Origin: a virus
Taxonomy: Duplodnaviria > Caudoviricetes
Direction: 5' to 3' (one strand)
DNA: 37,935 nt
Virus record (IMG/VR): IMGVR_UViG_3300036546_000028
Span: 1 to 37,935 of that record
This document shows, one piece after another, positions 27,330-35,537 of this stretch. The translations under genes and the position numbers were made by a program. Position 1 is the first letter of the stretch. Each line of letters opens with the position of its first letter. The notes under the pieces are model-generated. The model was not told the DNA's origin. It saw nothing but the letters and a program-made list of their open reading frames with translations, and did not search any database.

Positions 27330-27831
27330 TTAGGTAAACCTCTATTGCTTTCAGTCTTTTCTTTGTTGGTTTTTCCGTAAGCCATGCGGCAGGAACGGTA
27401 CTTTTTGCGTATTGGAATCCGTTCTTTTCACACCACATTGCATACGTGGTTTTACTGCGGCTGCTGATTCTGGTGTTCGGGTTTGAGAACACGAACCTTA
27501 TGTCCAGATCAGGGAACTGGTCTTTCACCAGCAGGTGCTTTTGTCTGTCAGCCGTATCGAAACGGCCTTTGGCTTCGATGATGATGCCTTGCTTCTTGAG
27601 AACGAAGTCAGGTGTGTACCGCGCCTTCCGCGCTGGCTTGAGGTATACCAGAGGCTTAGGCTCGTAGGCGTAATCAACACCTTGAGCCGTAAGCTCCTCT
27701 GCCATAGACACCTCAAGGCCAGAGCGGAATCCGGTTTCTTTACGTGTTTGAGCGGATCGTCGGTACGTACGCTTTCGAGGTGACAGGCTTGAACGTGAGA
27801 CAGGAGCCTTGTTCGGGTCGCCGACGATCAT
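27316..27831 (-). CDS. Endonuclease I (gp3-like Holliday junction resolvase)
   Basis: FRSGLE, YTPDF, IIEAKGRF..ADRQKH, LDIRFVF, TTYAMWCEK; start uncertain. Confidence 0.93.
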   Translation of the reverse strand: MIVGDPNKAPVSRSSLSPRKRTYRRSAQTRKETGFRSGLEVSMAEELTAQGVDYAYEPKPLVYLKPARKARYTPDFVLKKQGIIIEAKGRFDTADRQKHLLVKDQFPDLDIRFVFSNPNTRISSRSKTTYAMWCEKNGFQYAKSTVPAAWLTEKPTKKRLKAIEVYLNGES

Positions 27832-27844
27832 CCCGCGTTTGGGT

Positions 27845-28516
27845 TTAGAAATCTTCTTCACCCTCCTGCCCTTCTTCGCCGTCGTAACCTTCTTCACCGT
27901 CGTAGCCTTCTTCCTCAGTGAAGCCGCCGGTTTCTTCAGCAGCCTCGTAGCCGTCCTCTTCACCGAAGCCGAGGTCGGAAGCGGACTTGCCGCCACCGGA
28001 TACCAGTTCGATCACCTGAACACCTTCGAGGCGCAGCGACACACCTGCACCGAGAGCGGGTACGTAATACGGTTCGGCTGTGTAGCTGACCTTGATGGTT
28101 GAGCCGCCCCAGATTTGCGTCTTGTCAGGGTCGATGCGGTTGGTCTTGGCATCGAACAGTGCGGGTTTGCGTTCCCACCGCTTGCCTGTCTTCTTGCTGA
28201 CGCCGCTGGCCTTCATCTTGAACTTGAAGCCGATCTCTCCAGTCTCGTCCTCGTTCTCATCGAGAACCTCGAAGTACGGGAGGTCGGCCTCTTTGGGTTT
28301 CTTCTTGCCCTTGATCTTTTCCTTAGCCATCGCCAGGGCTTCTTTCTTTGCCGCTTCGATGATTTCGATCATGGCCCGGGCTTCTTCACCTTCGAGGGCC
28401 AGTGTGACGGTATAGACGCCATCCTCGTCGAACTTGGTGTCCGGCTCGTTCAGCTTGGGGAAGATGGCACGGCCAGCAGGGGTAACAGAGGGTTTCTTCT
28501 TTTTGTTCTGAGCCAT
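27845..28516 (-). CDS. ssDNA-binding protein (gp2.5-like)
   Basis: TP.G.A.FP.L..PD, IWGGS, GVSLRL..VQVIEL; acidic tail ending in F. Confidence 0.92.
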   Translation of the reverse strand: MAQNKKKKPSVTPAGRAIFPKLNEPDTKFDEDGVYTVTLALEGEEARAMIEIIEAAKKEALAMAKEKIKGKKKPKEADLPYFEVLDENEDETGEIGFKFKMKASGVSKKTGKRWERKPALFDAKTNRIDPDKTQIWGGSTIKVSYTAEPYYVPALGAGVSLRLEGVQVIELVSGGGKSASDLGFGEEDGYEAAEETGGFTEEEGYDGEEGYDGEEGQEGEEDF

Positions 28517-28530
28517 TAAATTTCTCCTGT

Positions 28531-28552
28531 ATCATATCCACTTATGGATGTT
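28531..28552. promoter_or_regulatory. Operator-like site
   Basis: ATCATATCCA-CTTA-TGGATGTT, immediately upstream of the SSB SD. Confidence 0.7.
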
Positions 28553-28565
28553 TTAAGGCAAAAAA

Positions 28566-28679
28566 TTAGGCAGCGTTACGTTCGAGTGCTGCCACGTCCA
28601 CCCCGTGTCCCAGAAGTCGGGCGGTCAAATCGACCGGAAGTGGTTCCCCTTTCTTTATAAGGCGTATAGCCAGTGTCAA
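28566..28679 (-). CDS. Small hypothetical protein (37 aa)
   Basis: TTG start overlapping the upstream TGA; ...IKKGEPLPVDLTARLLGHGVDVAALERNAA. Confidence 0.55.
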   Translation of the reverse strand: MTLAIRLIKKGEPLPVDLTARLLGHGVDVAALERNAA

Positions 28680-28933
28680 AAGGCGGTTACGGGAATACCC
28701 TTCGAGTGACGCTTGAGGAATTTGCACTTGCGCCTCCGGTTATCTGTAATGATTGTATGGGTTACGCAGGTAACAGTGACCATCTTGAGGTTGCCATTGT
28801 TATCCATCTCAAGCGGACGTTTGGGCATCTCGATCTCACGCTCTCTGCGGTTGGTCAGGAAGTAGCTGCGGTTACGGTAGTCCTGCTTTTTGTAGACTGC
28901 CTTGCGGATTGCTCTTGCTTTGCGTCCATTCAT
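28676..28933 (-). CDS. Hypothetical basic protein
   Basis: MNGRKARAIRK...; ATGA coupling with the upstream gene. Confidence 0.65.
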   Translation of the reverse strand: MNGRKARAIRKAVYKKQDYRNRSYFLTNRREREIEMPKRPLEMDNNGNLKMVTVTCVTHTIITDNRRRKCKFLKRHSKGIPVTAF

Positions 28934-29226
28934 TTTTCCGGCATCTCCCATTGGTTAGCGTCTTCGCAGACAAGACACGGCATTTGCCATGCCTGTGCCT
29001 TTACGTAACGACAGTTGAAACAACAGCGGTCCTCTTTGCACGGCGGCATGGGGATCACGACATGGAAAGTTTCGATCACACGGATGTCGCTTACGTGCAT
29101 GTCATTGGGGTTTACGTGTGCGAGGATAGACTCCTCCACGTCCTGCTTCATGGCTGCGAAAGCCTGGATGTCGCCCAGGCTCTCGAAGTCCATTTCCACA
29201 GCGAACACGATGGTCGCTCTGTGCAT
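28930..29226 (-). CDS. Hypothetical protein with C-terminal Cys cluster
   Basis: GGAGG SD; CCFNC...PC..C....WE. Confidence 0.7.
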   Translation of the reverse strand: MHRATIVFAVEMDFESLGDIQAFAAMKQDVEESILAHVNPNDMHVSDIRVIETFHVVIPMPPCKEDRCCFNCRYVKAQAWQMPCLVCEDANQWEMPEK

Positions 29227-29228
29227 TG

Positions 29229-29495
29229 CTACCTCCCGAACAATTCATGCCGCATGTAGGCTTCAGCAGCTTTGAACTCAGGCCGCTTACCCTCTGCATG
29301 GTGCATCATGTTTTTCACGGCACACATCACGTCAGACAGGGACATGCCGCTCTGTTCCACCATCAGCAAAAAGGCCGCTCCGAAGGCGGCCAGTTGTTCA
29401 TGGTTAGGGCGGTCCTGCACTGCGTCCACCAGCTTCATTGCGGAGGTGGACACAGCCTTGAGGTTGGTGTTCATAAAGAGGTCACGGTTAAGCAT
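29229..29495 (-). CDS. Hypothetical helical protein
   Basis: MLNRD... after GGAGG; overlaps the upstream stop; PEFKAAEAYM. Confidence 0.7.
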   Translation of the reverse strand: MLNRDLFMNTNLKAVSTSAMKLVDAVQDRPNHEQLAAFGAAFLLMVEQSGMSLSDVMCAVKNMMHHAEGKRPEFKAAEAYMRHELFGR

Positions 29496-29880
29496 TGGAA
29501 ACCTCCACAATGAACGCGGCAAGTTCTTCAGGGTCCAGACGGTTGTCAGGATATGCGTTCTTGACGCGTTCGCCGTAAGCAGTGGTCTCTACGGCGGTGA
29601 AGAAGTCGGCCATGTTCAGCTTGAAGCAGTCAACATCGGTGGGACGATAGCCAGCATCGTCATGGTGCTTGGGCCACGTGAAGTCGATCAGCGTTACATC
29701 TACCTTGGGGATGTCATTCTCAGGTGAGGTATCAGTCTGCCCCGTGTAGAATATGGAAGCGAAGATGCCAGCCAGAATTCCATCGGGGAGGTTGATCTCC
29801 ACTCTCTCGCCACTGTCGGCTGCTGCTGTTGCGCGGGTCAGGTCCCTGTTCAGTGCCATTTTGAGCAGAAAGTTCATCAT
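29488..29880 (-). CDS. Hypothetical protein
   Basis: ATG after AAGGAG; first gene after the tandem phage promoters. Confidence 0.7.
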   Translation of the reverse strand: MMNFLLKMALNRDLTRATAAADSGERVEINLPDGILAGIFASIFYTGQTDTSPENDIPKVDVTLIDFTWPKHHDDAGYRPTDVDCFKLNMADFFTAVETTAYGERVKNAYPDNRLDPEELAAFIVEVSNA

Positions 29881-29935
29881 GGTAATTCTCCTTCGGGTTG
29901 AATTGGTTTGTTGTTCCACAGCACCATGCTGCTTG

Positions 29936-29956
29936 CTTATTCAGTGCGCCCTAATT
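29936..29956 (-). promoter_or_regulatory. Phage RNAP promoter
   Basis: AATTAGGGCGCACTGAATAAG. Confidence 0.9.
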
Positions 29957-30084
29957 AAAGCGGCTCCCTTGCCTTGAGGTTTTCGCTCCTCTTGCATGGC
30001 TTGCTTGGCTTCACTTAACGGGTCCGTATTGGGAGTGGTGCCACCTACGAAGTGCCGGACCAACGACCTCCGTTCCGCCTGTCA

Positions 30085-30105
30085 CTTATTCAGTGCGCCC
30101 TAATT
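30085..30105 (-). promoter_or_regulatory. Phage RNAP promoter
   Basis: AATTAGGGCGCACTGAATAAG, identical to the copy at 29936. Confidence 0.9.
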
Positions 30106-30131
30106 CCAAACACATGGTTTTCTTCCATTTT

Positions 30132-30153
30132 ACATGGCAAACTTGGATATGAT
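30132..30153. promoter_or_regulatory. Operator-like site
   Basis: Reverse complement ATCATATCCA-AGTT-TGCCATGT, between the RNAP stop and a phage promoter. Confidence 0.7.
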
Positions 30154-32720
30154 TAGGCAAAAAAGAAGTCCGACTTCAGCACCTTGGTGATGTCGAGGGT
30201 GCCTCTTTCAGGCATAGCCGGAATCTCTACAGCCGCCTCTTCTCCAATCATTTCCAACACATCTGCACGGAACTCAGCGAGAACGTCATGTTCTGTAAAC
30301 ATATTCACGAACACTTCGCGCAGGGTACGTGCCATGAGTGCAGCATCTGCGGCAGGGACGCCGTAGCTGTCATGCACCATAGCGAACGAGTGGATGCCAC
30401 GATGTGTTGCGTCGTAGACCGTCTTCATAAGCGCGGCTGCGTCCAGAGAGTGGACAAAGTTCGGGCTGATGCCGTTTGCCTGCCGCCTTTTGTCGATCTG
30501 GTCTGTTTCTTCCACCAGTGTGAGGTCGATTCTGGTGCCCTCACCGATGTGTGTCTTGATGCGTTTCTTCTTTATGTCAGGGTATGCCTGAAGCACAGGG
30601 AACCCGACAGGAGTTTTCCACGTTACAGGGAGACCTTCACGCGTAACGACACGTGCCACCTTCTGGAGCCAGTCCATAGCCTGACGTGCAGCGATGACCG
30701 TTTCACCGATGGCTTCCCATATGAGCTTCGACAGGAAGTTCGACGGCACGAACAGCTTGTCTCCCCAAGGGTGAAGCCCAGATATGTCAGCCTTAGGGCC
30801 GTGAACAGAACGGTATTCCTCCTCTTTGTCCCTGATGTACTGTTCAGTGTACTCACGGCAGGAGAACACCGTGCCACCGTAAGGCAGCACCATGACCTGC
30901 CGCTTGGTGGTTTTGCGGTTGATACCGAAGTCCAGCCACTGCTGTGCCAGTGCGACTTCCTCGTCGGAATAGTTGGCAATACTGGATGTGATAAGACGCA
31001 ACTTTGCCAATACCTTATCAGCGACAACCTGATAAATGTCGGCTGGCTTCTCGGAAGGCAGCAGGTTCACAGCCTCACCGCCTACCTCATCCCGCAGCAT
31101 GAGGCTGAATATCTGGAGGCCGTTGCAGGAGCCATCCATTGCGACCGGAAGACAGCTTACATAGCCGTAGCCATCCCTCACGAATCCTGCCCACTCGAAG
31201 CAGAATGCGAGGAACTGCCACGGTTTGTCTGCGTGTGCCCATTCGGTGACATCGAGCGGGTTGTCAGCAATGGCGAGAATCATTTCCTCGTGCTCCTTTA
31301 CCCACTTGTAACGGTCGTCCAAGCTGCACTTGTCCTCGCCCCACACGTTGGCACCGTGAATAGCCAGCCAACGGGCAGCTTCCTCGTCAACGATAGGCTT
31401 ACCGTCTGCAAACAGGAGGAGGCCCTTTGAAGCGTCGTTGCCTTGCGGGTTGAGGTACTTCGGTACTGCGTAGATGCGCCCACGGAAATCCAACTGGTGC
31501 GGGAAGTAAATACGAGGGTACTTTGCATACTTCTCTGCAATCCAGATGACCTTTGCAGCTTGCAGCCGCTTGGAGAACAGGCTGTGATTGCGTACATGGA
31601 CAGCCCTGGCAGCTCTTCTCCATTCACGGAGTGTGTTATACTGGTCGTCAGTCCATGTGTCCCTGTCTTCAGGCATCGTGGGCGGCGTGGGCACAGGCTC
31701 GTCGTCACGTGCAGGGAGACCGCCCATGTTCCCTCCGCTGTCCCAGATTTCACGCATTACATCCAGCACCTTTACGTTCACCTTGAAGGCAGTCTCTTGA
31801 AGTGCATTGATGGCATCGTAGACAATTGGCATCTCGTCAACGCGGTTTGAAAGTTCCTCAATGTACTCAGCGTGGCGTGTCTTCACCATCTTCAACTGGG
31901 GGACGGCTTGGGTGTAGTATCCGCCTTTAGTCGCAGTTGTCCAAGGGCGCGGCGGAACGACGCAGGGCATGTACACCGGAGACAGCAGCTCACAACGCGC
32001 CATGCGCCTGTTAATCCACTCCATGCACTCCTGCGTAGGCTGGATGTGTATAGGCGTGTTCTTCTTACCTCTGGACTCATCTGTGTACGTCTGGAACAGG
32101 CCGGTAGAAGCTATGCACAGGTCAATGAGCTTGAGACCAAGCTGGACCTTGTGCGTTTTAGACCACGGCTCCCACTCAATGCCCTGTTTGTGCATGTAGT
32201 GAACCATGACACGCGTCTTGCGGAAGGTGGTGCTGTATTCGTCCGCTTCATCACGTGCCCTATCGTATGCGTATTTGTTTTCTGCCCTGAATTTCGCAAG
32301 GCGGCACTCGTCCTCGATGGATGTGCCGATGCCGTATGCTACGTTCTGCATGGTCTTATTCACAGCGATGCAATCGAGGATGATCTTGATCGTGAGAAAC
32401 GCAGCGATCTTAGGGTCAACCTGACGGAGATACTTGAGTGCGATATGTCTGCGTCCTGCCTTTCCTGTAGCCTCTTTGATGAAATTTTCTATAGCCTCTC
32501 CGAAGACGGGAATAGTGGATGCCATCATTGCCGTGCCGTAATCTGTGCGGGATTCTCTGCCCTTCTCACGGCTCTTCTGGATACGTGAGCGGTACGCTTC
32601 GATGCCCATGCCCTGCATTTCCTGTTCGAGCTTGACCTGTTCAGCCAGCATGTCATCGTCAAGGTCAGTCACCATGTCCAGAGCGTGAGCCAGTACACTT
32701 TCTTTCAGCTTATCTTCCAC
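30153..32720 (-). CDS. Single-subunit T7-like RNA polymerase
   Basis: DFRGRIY, AMDGSCNGLQ (A), R...KRQVM..PYG (B), PNFVHSLDA, VHDSY (C). Confidence 0.99.
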   Translation of the reverse strand: MEDKLKESVLAHALDMVTDLDDDMLAEQVKLEQEMQGMGIEAYRSRIQKSREKGRESRTDYGTAMMASTIPVFGEAIENFIKEATGKAGRRHIALKYLRQVDPKIAAFLTIKIILDCIAVNKTMQNVAYGIGTSIEDECRLAKFRAENKYAYDRARDEADEYSTTFRKTRVMVHYMHKQGIEWEPWSKTHKVQLGLKLIDLCIASTGLFQTYTDESRGKKNTPIHIQPTQECMEWINRRMARCELLSPVYMPCVVPPRPWTTATKGGYYTQAVPQLKMVKTRHAEYIEELSNRVDEMPIVYDAINALQETAFKVNVKVLDVMREIWDSGGNMGGLPARDDEPVPTPPTMPEDRDTWTDDQYNTLREWRRAARAVHVRNHSLFSKRLQAAKVIWIAEKYAKYPRIYFPHQLDFRGRIYAVPKYLNPQGNDASKGLLLFADGKPIVDEEAARWLAIHGANVWGEDKCSLDDRYKWVKEHEEMILAIADNPLDVTEWAHADKPWQFLAFCFEWAGFVRDGYGYVSCLPVAMDGSCNGLQIFSLMLRDEVGGEAVNLLPSEKPADIYQVVADKVLAKLRLITSSIANYSDEEVALAQQWLDFGINRKTTKRQVMVLPYGGTVFSCREYTEQYIRDKEEEYRSVHGPKADISGLHPWGDKLFVPSNFLSKLIWEAIGETVIAARQAMDWLQKVARVVTREGLPVTWKTPVGFPVLQAYPDIKKKRIKTHIGEGTRIDLTLVEETDQIDKRRQANGISPNFVHSLDAAALMKTVYDATHRGIHSFAMVHDSYGVPAADAALMARTLREVFVNMFTEHDVLAEFRADVLEMIGEEAAVEIPAMPERGTLDITKVLKSDFFFA

Positions 32721-32773
32721 TTTAGTTCTCCTTTAGGTTCCCTATAGTTTCCCTTTAGACGCTCCCTGTACTG

Positions 32774-32794
32774 CTTATTCAGTGCGTCTTAATT
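32774..32794 (-). promoter_or_regulatory. Phage RNAP promoter directly upstream of the RNAP gene
   Basis: AATTAAGACGCACTGAATAAG, about 54 nt before the GTG start. Confidence 0.88.
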
Positions 32795-32820
32795 ACAACT
32801 TCCTGAAACCACTACGAATA

Positions 32821-32842
32821 ATCATATCCAAAGTTGAGTCTC
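32821..32842. promoter_or_regulatory. Operator-like site
   Basis: ATCATATCCA-AAGT-TGAGTCTC, 26 nt upstream of the phage promoter. Confidence 0.65.
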
Positions 32843-32898
32843 ACCATTTGCACCAATTCAGGCCCCAATTAAATCCCATGTGAGAATTTTTAACGAGG

Positions 32899-32919
32899 AA
32901 TTAGGGCGCACTCATACGA
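32899..32919 (+). promoter_or_regulatory. Divergent phage-promoter-like site
   Basis: AATTAGGGCGCACT matches the consensus 14/14, then CATACG instead of GAATAAG; opposite orientation to the other copies. Confidence 0.6.
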
Positions 32920-32972
32920 GCGCACCAATAAATTGGGACAAAATTGGTACTGGGCTGTACCAACTGAAAAAT

Positions 32973-32994
32973 CCCATGCATTTGTGGGTATGAT
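32973..32994. promoter_or_regulatory. Operator-like site (variant)
   Basis: Reverse complement ATCATACCCA-CAAA-TGCATGGG. Confidence 0.45.
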
Positions 32995-33033
32995 AAAATA
33001 AAAAGAAAGGGACCAGCCGTTAAGCCAGTCCCT
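32995..33033 (-). terminator. Intrinsic terminator between the tRNA and the RNAP gene
   Basis: AGGGACTGGC-TTAACG-GCTGGTCCCT followed by TTCTTTTTATTTT. Confidence 0.85.
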
Positions 33034-33049
33034 GCGGGGTTTTGTGTGC

Positions 33050-33071
33050 TGTATTCAGGAGTGGATGTAAT
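33050..33071. promoter_or_regulatory. Operator-like site (variant)
   Basis: Reverse complement ATTACATCCA-CTCC-TGAATACA. Confidence 0.45.
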
Positions 33072-33141
33072 GTGTGCGGGTTTTACGTCAGATTTTAAAT
33101 CAATTTTTGGTACTGAATTGTACCAATTTGATGTTGGTCTG

Positions 33142-33230
33142 TGGTGCCGGAGGTGGGATTCGAACCCACACGATCAATAATGATCTTCGGATTTTAAGTC
33201 CGATATGTCTACCTGTTCCATCACTCCGGC
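33142..33230 (-). tRNA. tRNA-Leu (anticodon UAA)
   Basis: GCCGGAG/CTCCGGC acceptor stem + ACCA, anticodon arm TCGGA-CTTAAAA-TCCGA, long variable arm, T arm GTGGG-TTCGAAT-CCCAC. Confidence 0.95.
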
Positions 33231-33340
33231 GAATCCCTTGTATCCACTCTTTTCAGCATTCGATTGGTACAAATTGGGACAAATTGGGGCAGATTGGGGA
33301 TGTACCAAAAAGAATGAAAGCACACAAGATTTAATTTAAA

Positions 33341-34414
33341 TTAACCGTTTGCGACAGCACCCCACCTGCTGCCTCTTTCCTCCAGAACGGCTACGCAGGA
33401 GTCAAGGTCAGTTGGCGCAAGGTGCCCGTACCTCATGGTGGTCTGGATGCAGGTGTGTCCCATCCACCTCATAACGTGCGGCAGCGGGGTTCCTCCCTGC
33501 ACCATGCGGGAACAGCAGGTATGCCTGAGCACATACGGGATAAACTGCGGGTCATTCTCAAAGCCCAAGATAGCCCGTACACGGTCCCAACCATTGCGGA
33601 ACCATCCGTTATCATAGGGGAACAGGCGTTCGTCCTCGTACTCTTTCATACGACGGGCGATGATCTCCTTTACCCTTTTTGTCATTGGGATGGAGCGCGG
33701 GATGTCCGTCTTGTTCTGCCATATGGCAATCTTAGACGTGGCCCAGTGGATGTCCTTACCACGTAGGTTCCATAACTCACTCATGCGCATTCCGGTGTCT
33801 ATGAAGACCACGGTCGCATCGTAGTGGTCGTGCTTTTCAAGCTGTTTCATGGTTGCGAGAAGGCGAACCTCTTCCTCATCAGTGAGAAAGCGGATACGTC
33901 CCTTCCCTTCTTTCCTACGGGACAGCTTCGGCTTGACCTTCATCTTCCCGCGCTCAATGGCGCATGACATAACTTTAGACAAGGCAGACAACTTGCGGTT
34001 GATAGTCGCGTTGCTGTTTCCGATCTCTTGGAGCCATTCCACGTATTCGTCTATGTCATCCGTGGTAATGGTATGGATTGCCCTGTCTTCTCCGAAGTGC
34101 CGGAGAGCGAACCTTATGTTTTTAAGTGCTGCGGTTTCGCCTCGCGTCCCCTTCCAGTATGTTGTGTGGGTACGGTCGACAGCCTCTTGAAGCGTCCACG
34201 TATCTTCTGGAGCGCGTTCTGGTACTCTGGATTGAACTTGTGGGCCTTCGTATGCATTCCCTGAAAGCATGGCCTCTTTTAGTTCTGCTTGTTTCTCCAT
34301 TGCTTCGACAAGTGTCTCACAAGTGACATACTTCCGTTTCCCATTGTGATACACATTGACTAAGAACTTTTCCCCTCTTCTGCGGATACCTCGTGGAAGT
34401 CTCGATTTTCCCAT
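33341..34414 (-). CDS. int: Tyrosine recombinase / integrase
   Basis: ATINRKLSALSK, DTGMRMSEL, K, YVLRHT, MGH..IQTTMRY; N-terminal arm-binding-like segment. Confidence 0.95.
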   Translation of the reverse strand: MGKSRLPRGIRRRGEKFLVNVYHNGKRKYVTCETLVEAMEKQAELKEAMLSGNAYEGPQVQSRVPERAPEDTWTLQEAVDRTHTTYWKGTRGETAALKNIRFALRHFGEDRAIHTITTDDIDEYVEWLQEIGNSNATINRKLSALSKVMSCAIERGKMKVKPKLSRRKEGKGRIRFLTDEEEVRLLATMKQLEKHDHYDATVVFIDTGMRMSELWNLRGKDIHWATSKIAIWQNKTDIPRSIPMTKRVKEIIARRMKEYEDERLFPYDNGWFRNGWDRVRAILGFENDPQFIPYVLRHTCCSRMVQGGTPLPHVMRWMGHTCIQTTMRYGHLAPTDLDSCVAVLEERGSRWGAVANG

Positions 34415-34452
34415 AGCACCTCCTTATCATTCGCAAAACCATTCCCGCACAA

Positions 34453-34779
34453 TCATTCAATCGCTTCCAGTCGTTCAGCGAGGCGTTGCCCCTTAGATGT
34501 CAGTTTGATGATTTTCTGACGCCAGTCGTCAGGGTCAATCTCCGTTGTGACGAGTCCCAATCCCTGCTTATTCTTATTCCAGTGGTGATCTGAAAGAGCC
34601 GCTACCTGTCTGCTTGTTGCAGACTGTGGAAGATCGAGAAATGTCGCAATCTCCTTCATGGTTGCGCCTTCTTTGCCCTTCTTAGCAATGAACAAGAAAG
34701 TGAGGCATAGGCGGAGAGGCATAACAGGGTCTAGAACGTAGAACTGTTTCACCGCGTCAAACGTACTGGATAATTTCAT
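34453..34779 (-). CDS. MarR-like winged-helix regulator (putative repressor)
   Basis: TMKEIATFLDLPQSATSRQVAAL...GLV....DPDDWRQKIIKLTSKG; ATG after AAGGAG; adjacent to the integrase. Confidence 0.85.
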   Translation of the reverse strand: MKLSSTFDAVKQFYVLDPVMPLRLCLTFLFIAKKGKEGATMKEIATFLDLPQSATSRQVAALSDHHWNKNKQGLGLVTTEIDPDDWRQKIIKLTSKGQRLAERLEAIE

Positions 34780-34790
34780 TTTAACTCCTT

Positions 34791-34985
34791 TTATAAGATT
34801 TTCTGCGGACACCACGTTGGTGGCGTATAAATGATAAGGGTTTTACGGAAGTACAGAACGTACTCGCCATCTCTATGCTCAAAGTAGCAAGCCCTCGGGC
34901 ATTTTACAACCGAATTTGTTTCTAAGTATAAGCTCCCCAAGAGTGGTACAGAAGCGTAGAAGTAGCGGCTTTTGGCAGAACTCAC
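34791..34985 (-). CDS. Hypothetical protein (64 aa)
   Basis: GTG start after a strong AAGGAGG SD; first gene of the repressor/integrase block. Confidence 0.65.
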   Translation of the reverse strand: MSSAKSRYFYASVPLLGSLYLETNSVVKCPRACYFEHRDGEYVLYFRKTLIIYTPPTWCPQKIL

Positions 34986-35041
34986 TGAAATTCCTCCTTT
35001 TTAGAAGTACAGGGTAACGCTTGATTAATTTCGGAGAAGGA

Positions 35042-35070
35042 ATTAATAAGCATCCAAAATGTGATGTCAA
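35042..35070 (-). promoter_or_regulatory. Putative sigma70 promoter for the repressor-integrase block
   Basis: Perfect TTGACA, then TATTAAT 16-17 nt downstream; the spacer holds an operator half-site TGGATG. Confidence 0.5.
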
Positions 35071-35156
35071 TATTGTTTTCTTTCGTCTACCTACATACTC
35101 TCATTCGGAGCCACCAGACGTGGCCTGATGACTCCTCGGAGGGTATGAGGGTTATA

Positions 35157-35414
35157 TTATGCCGCGTTCAGTGCTTCCCATGTAATATCCTGAAATGTGC
35201 CGTCAGGATTACATTGAACAGCCTTGAACATACCGCTGTCACCTTCAGCGCATCTTCCGGCTGTACTTAGAACATCCAGAAGATCGGCGAGACCTGTGTA
35301 GTCTGTATATGTCCACGTGCTTGGTACAATGTGAAGCGCGTTATTACGCATTGCTTCATCTGCATTCGTGTACTCGCTGCGGTAAATCCCAAGAACGATT
35401 TCGGAAGTAGTCAT
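35157..35414 (-). CDS. Hypothetical early protein
   Basis: AAGGAG SD, 85 aa, co-oriented with neighbours. Confidence 0.65.
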   Translation of the reverse strand: MTTSEIVLGIYRSEYTNADEAMRNNALHIVPSTWTYTDYTGLADLLDVLSTAGRCAEGDSGMFKAVQCNPDGTFQDITWEALNAA

Positions 35415-35537
35415 GGTCGCGTTCTCCTTTATCTATTTGAGTTATGTTTTCTATGAGGACCGGACGGTTCCCATCCGGCCCCTATGAATGCACAACAGCT
35501 TTTATCGAGAAGTTTGATAGTTAAGGGCGCAAGTGCC

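Larger units (their letters stand above)
32930..33311. repeat. Integrase arm-type repeats flanking the tRNA (probable attP)
   Basis: 10-mer (A)AATTGGKAC family at 32930, 32941, 32957(rc), 33105 and 33119(rc), a tandem x4 at 33261-33300, and 33302(rc). Confidence 0.75.

Noticed and set aside
33142-33230. tRNA as a host-prophage boundary
   Set aside because: Phage genes in canonical T7-like order continue on both sides; no host genes are present
33261-33300. CRISPR-like or iteron interpretation of the tandem repeats
   Set aside because: 10-bp units without spacers, and no cas or rep gene; position beside int and the tRNA fits arm-type sites
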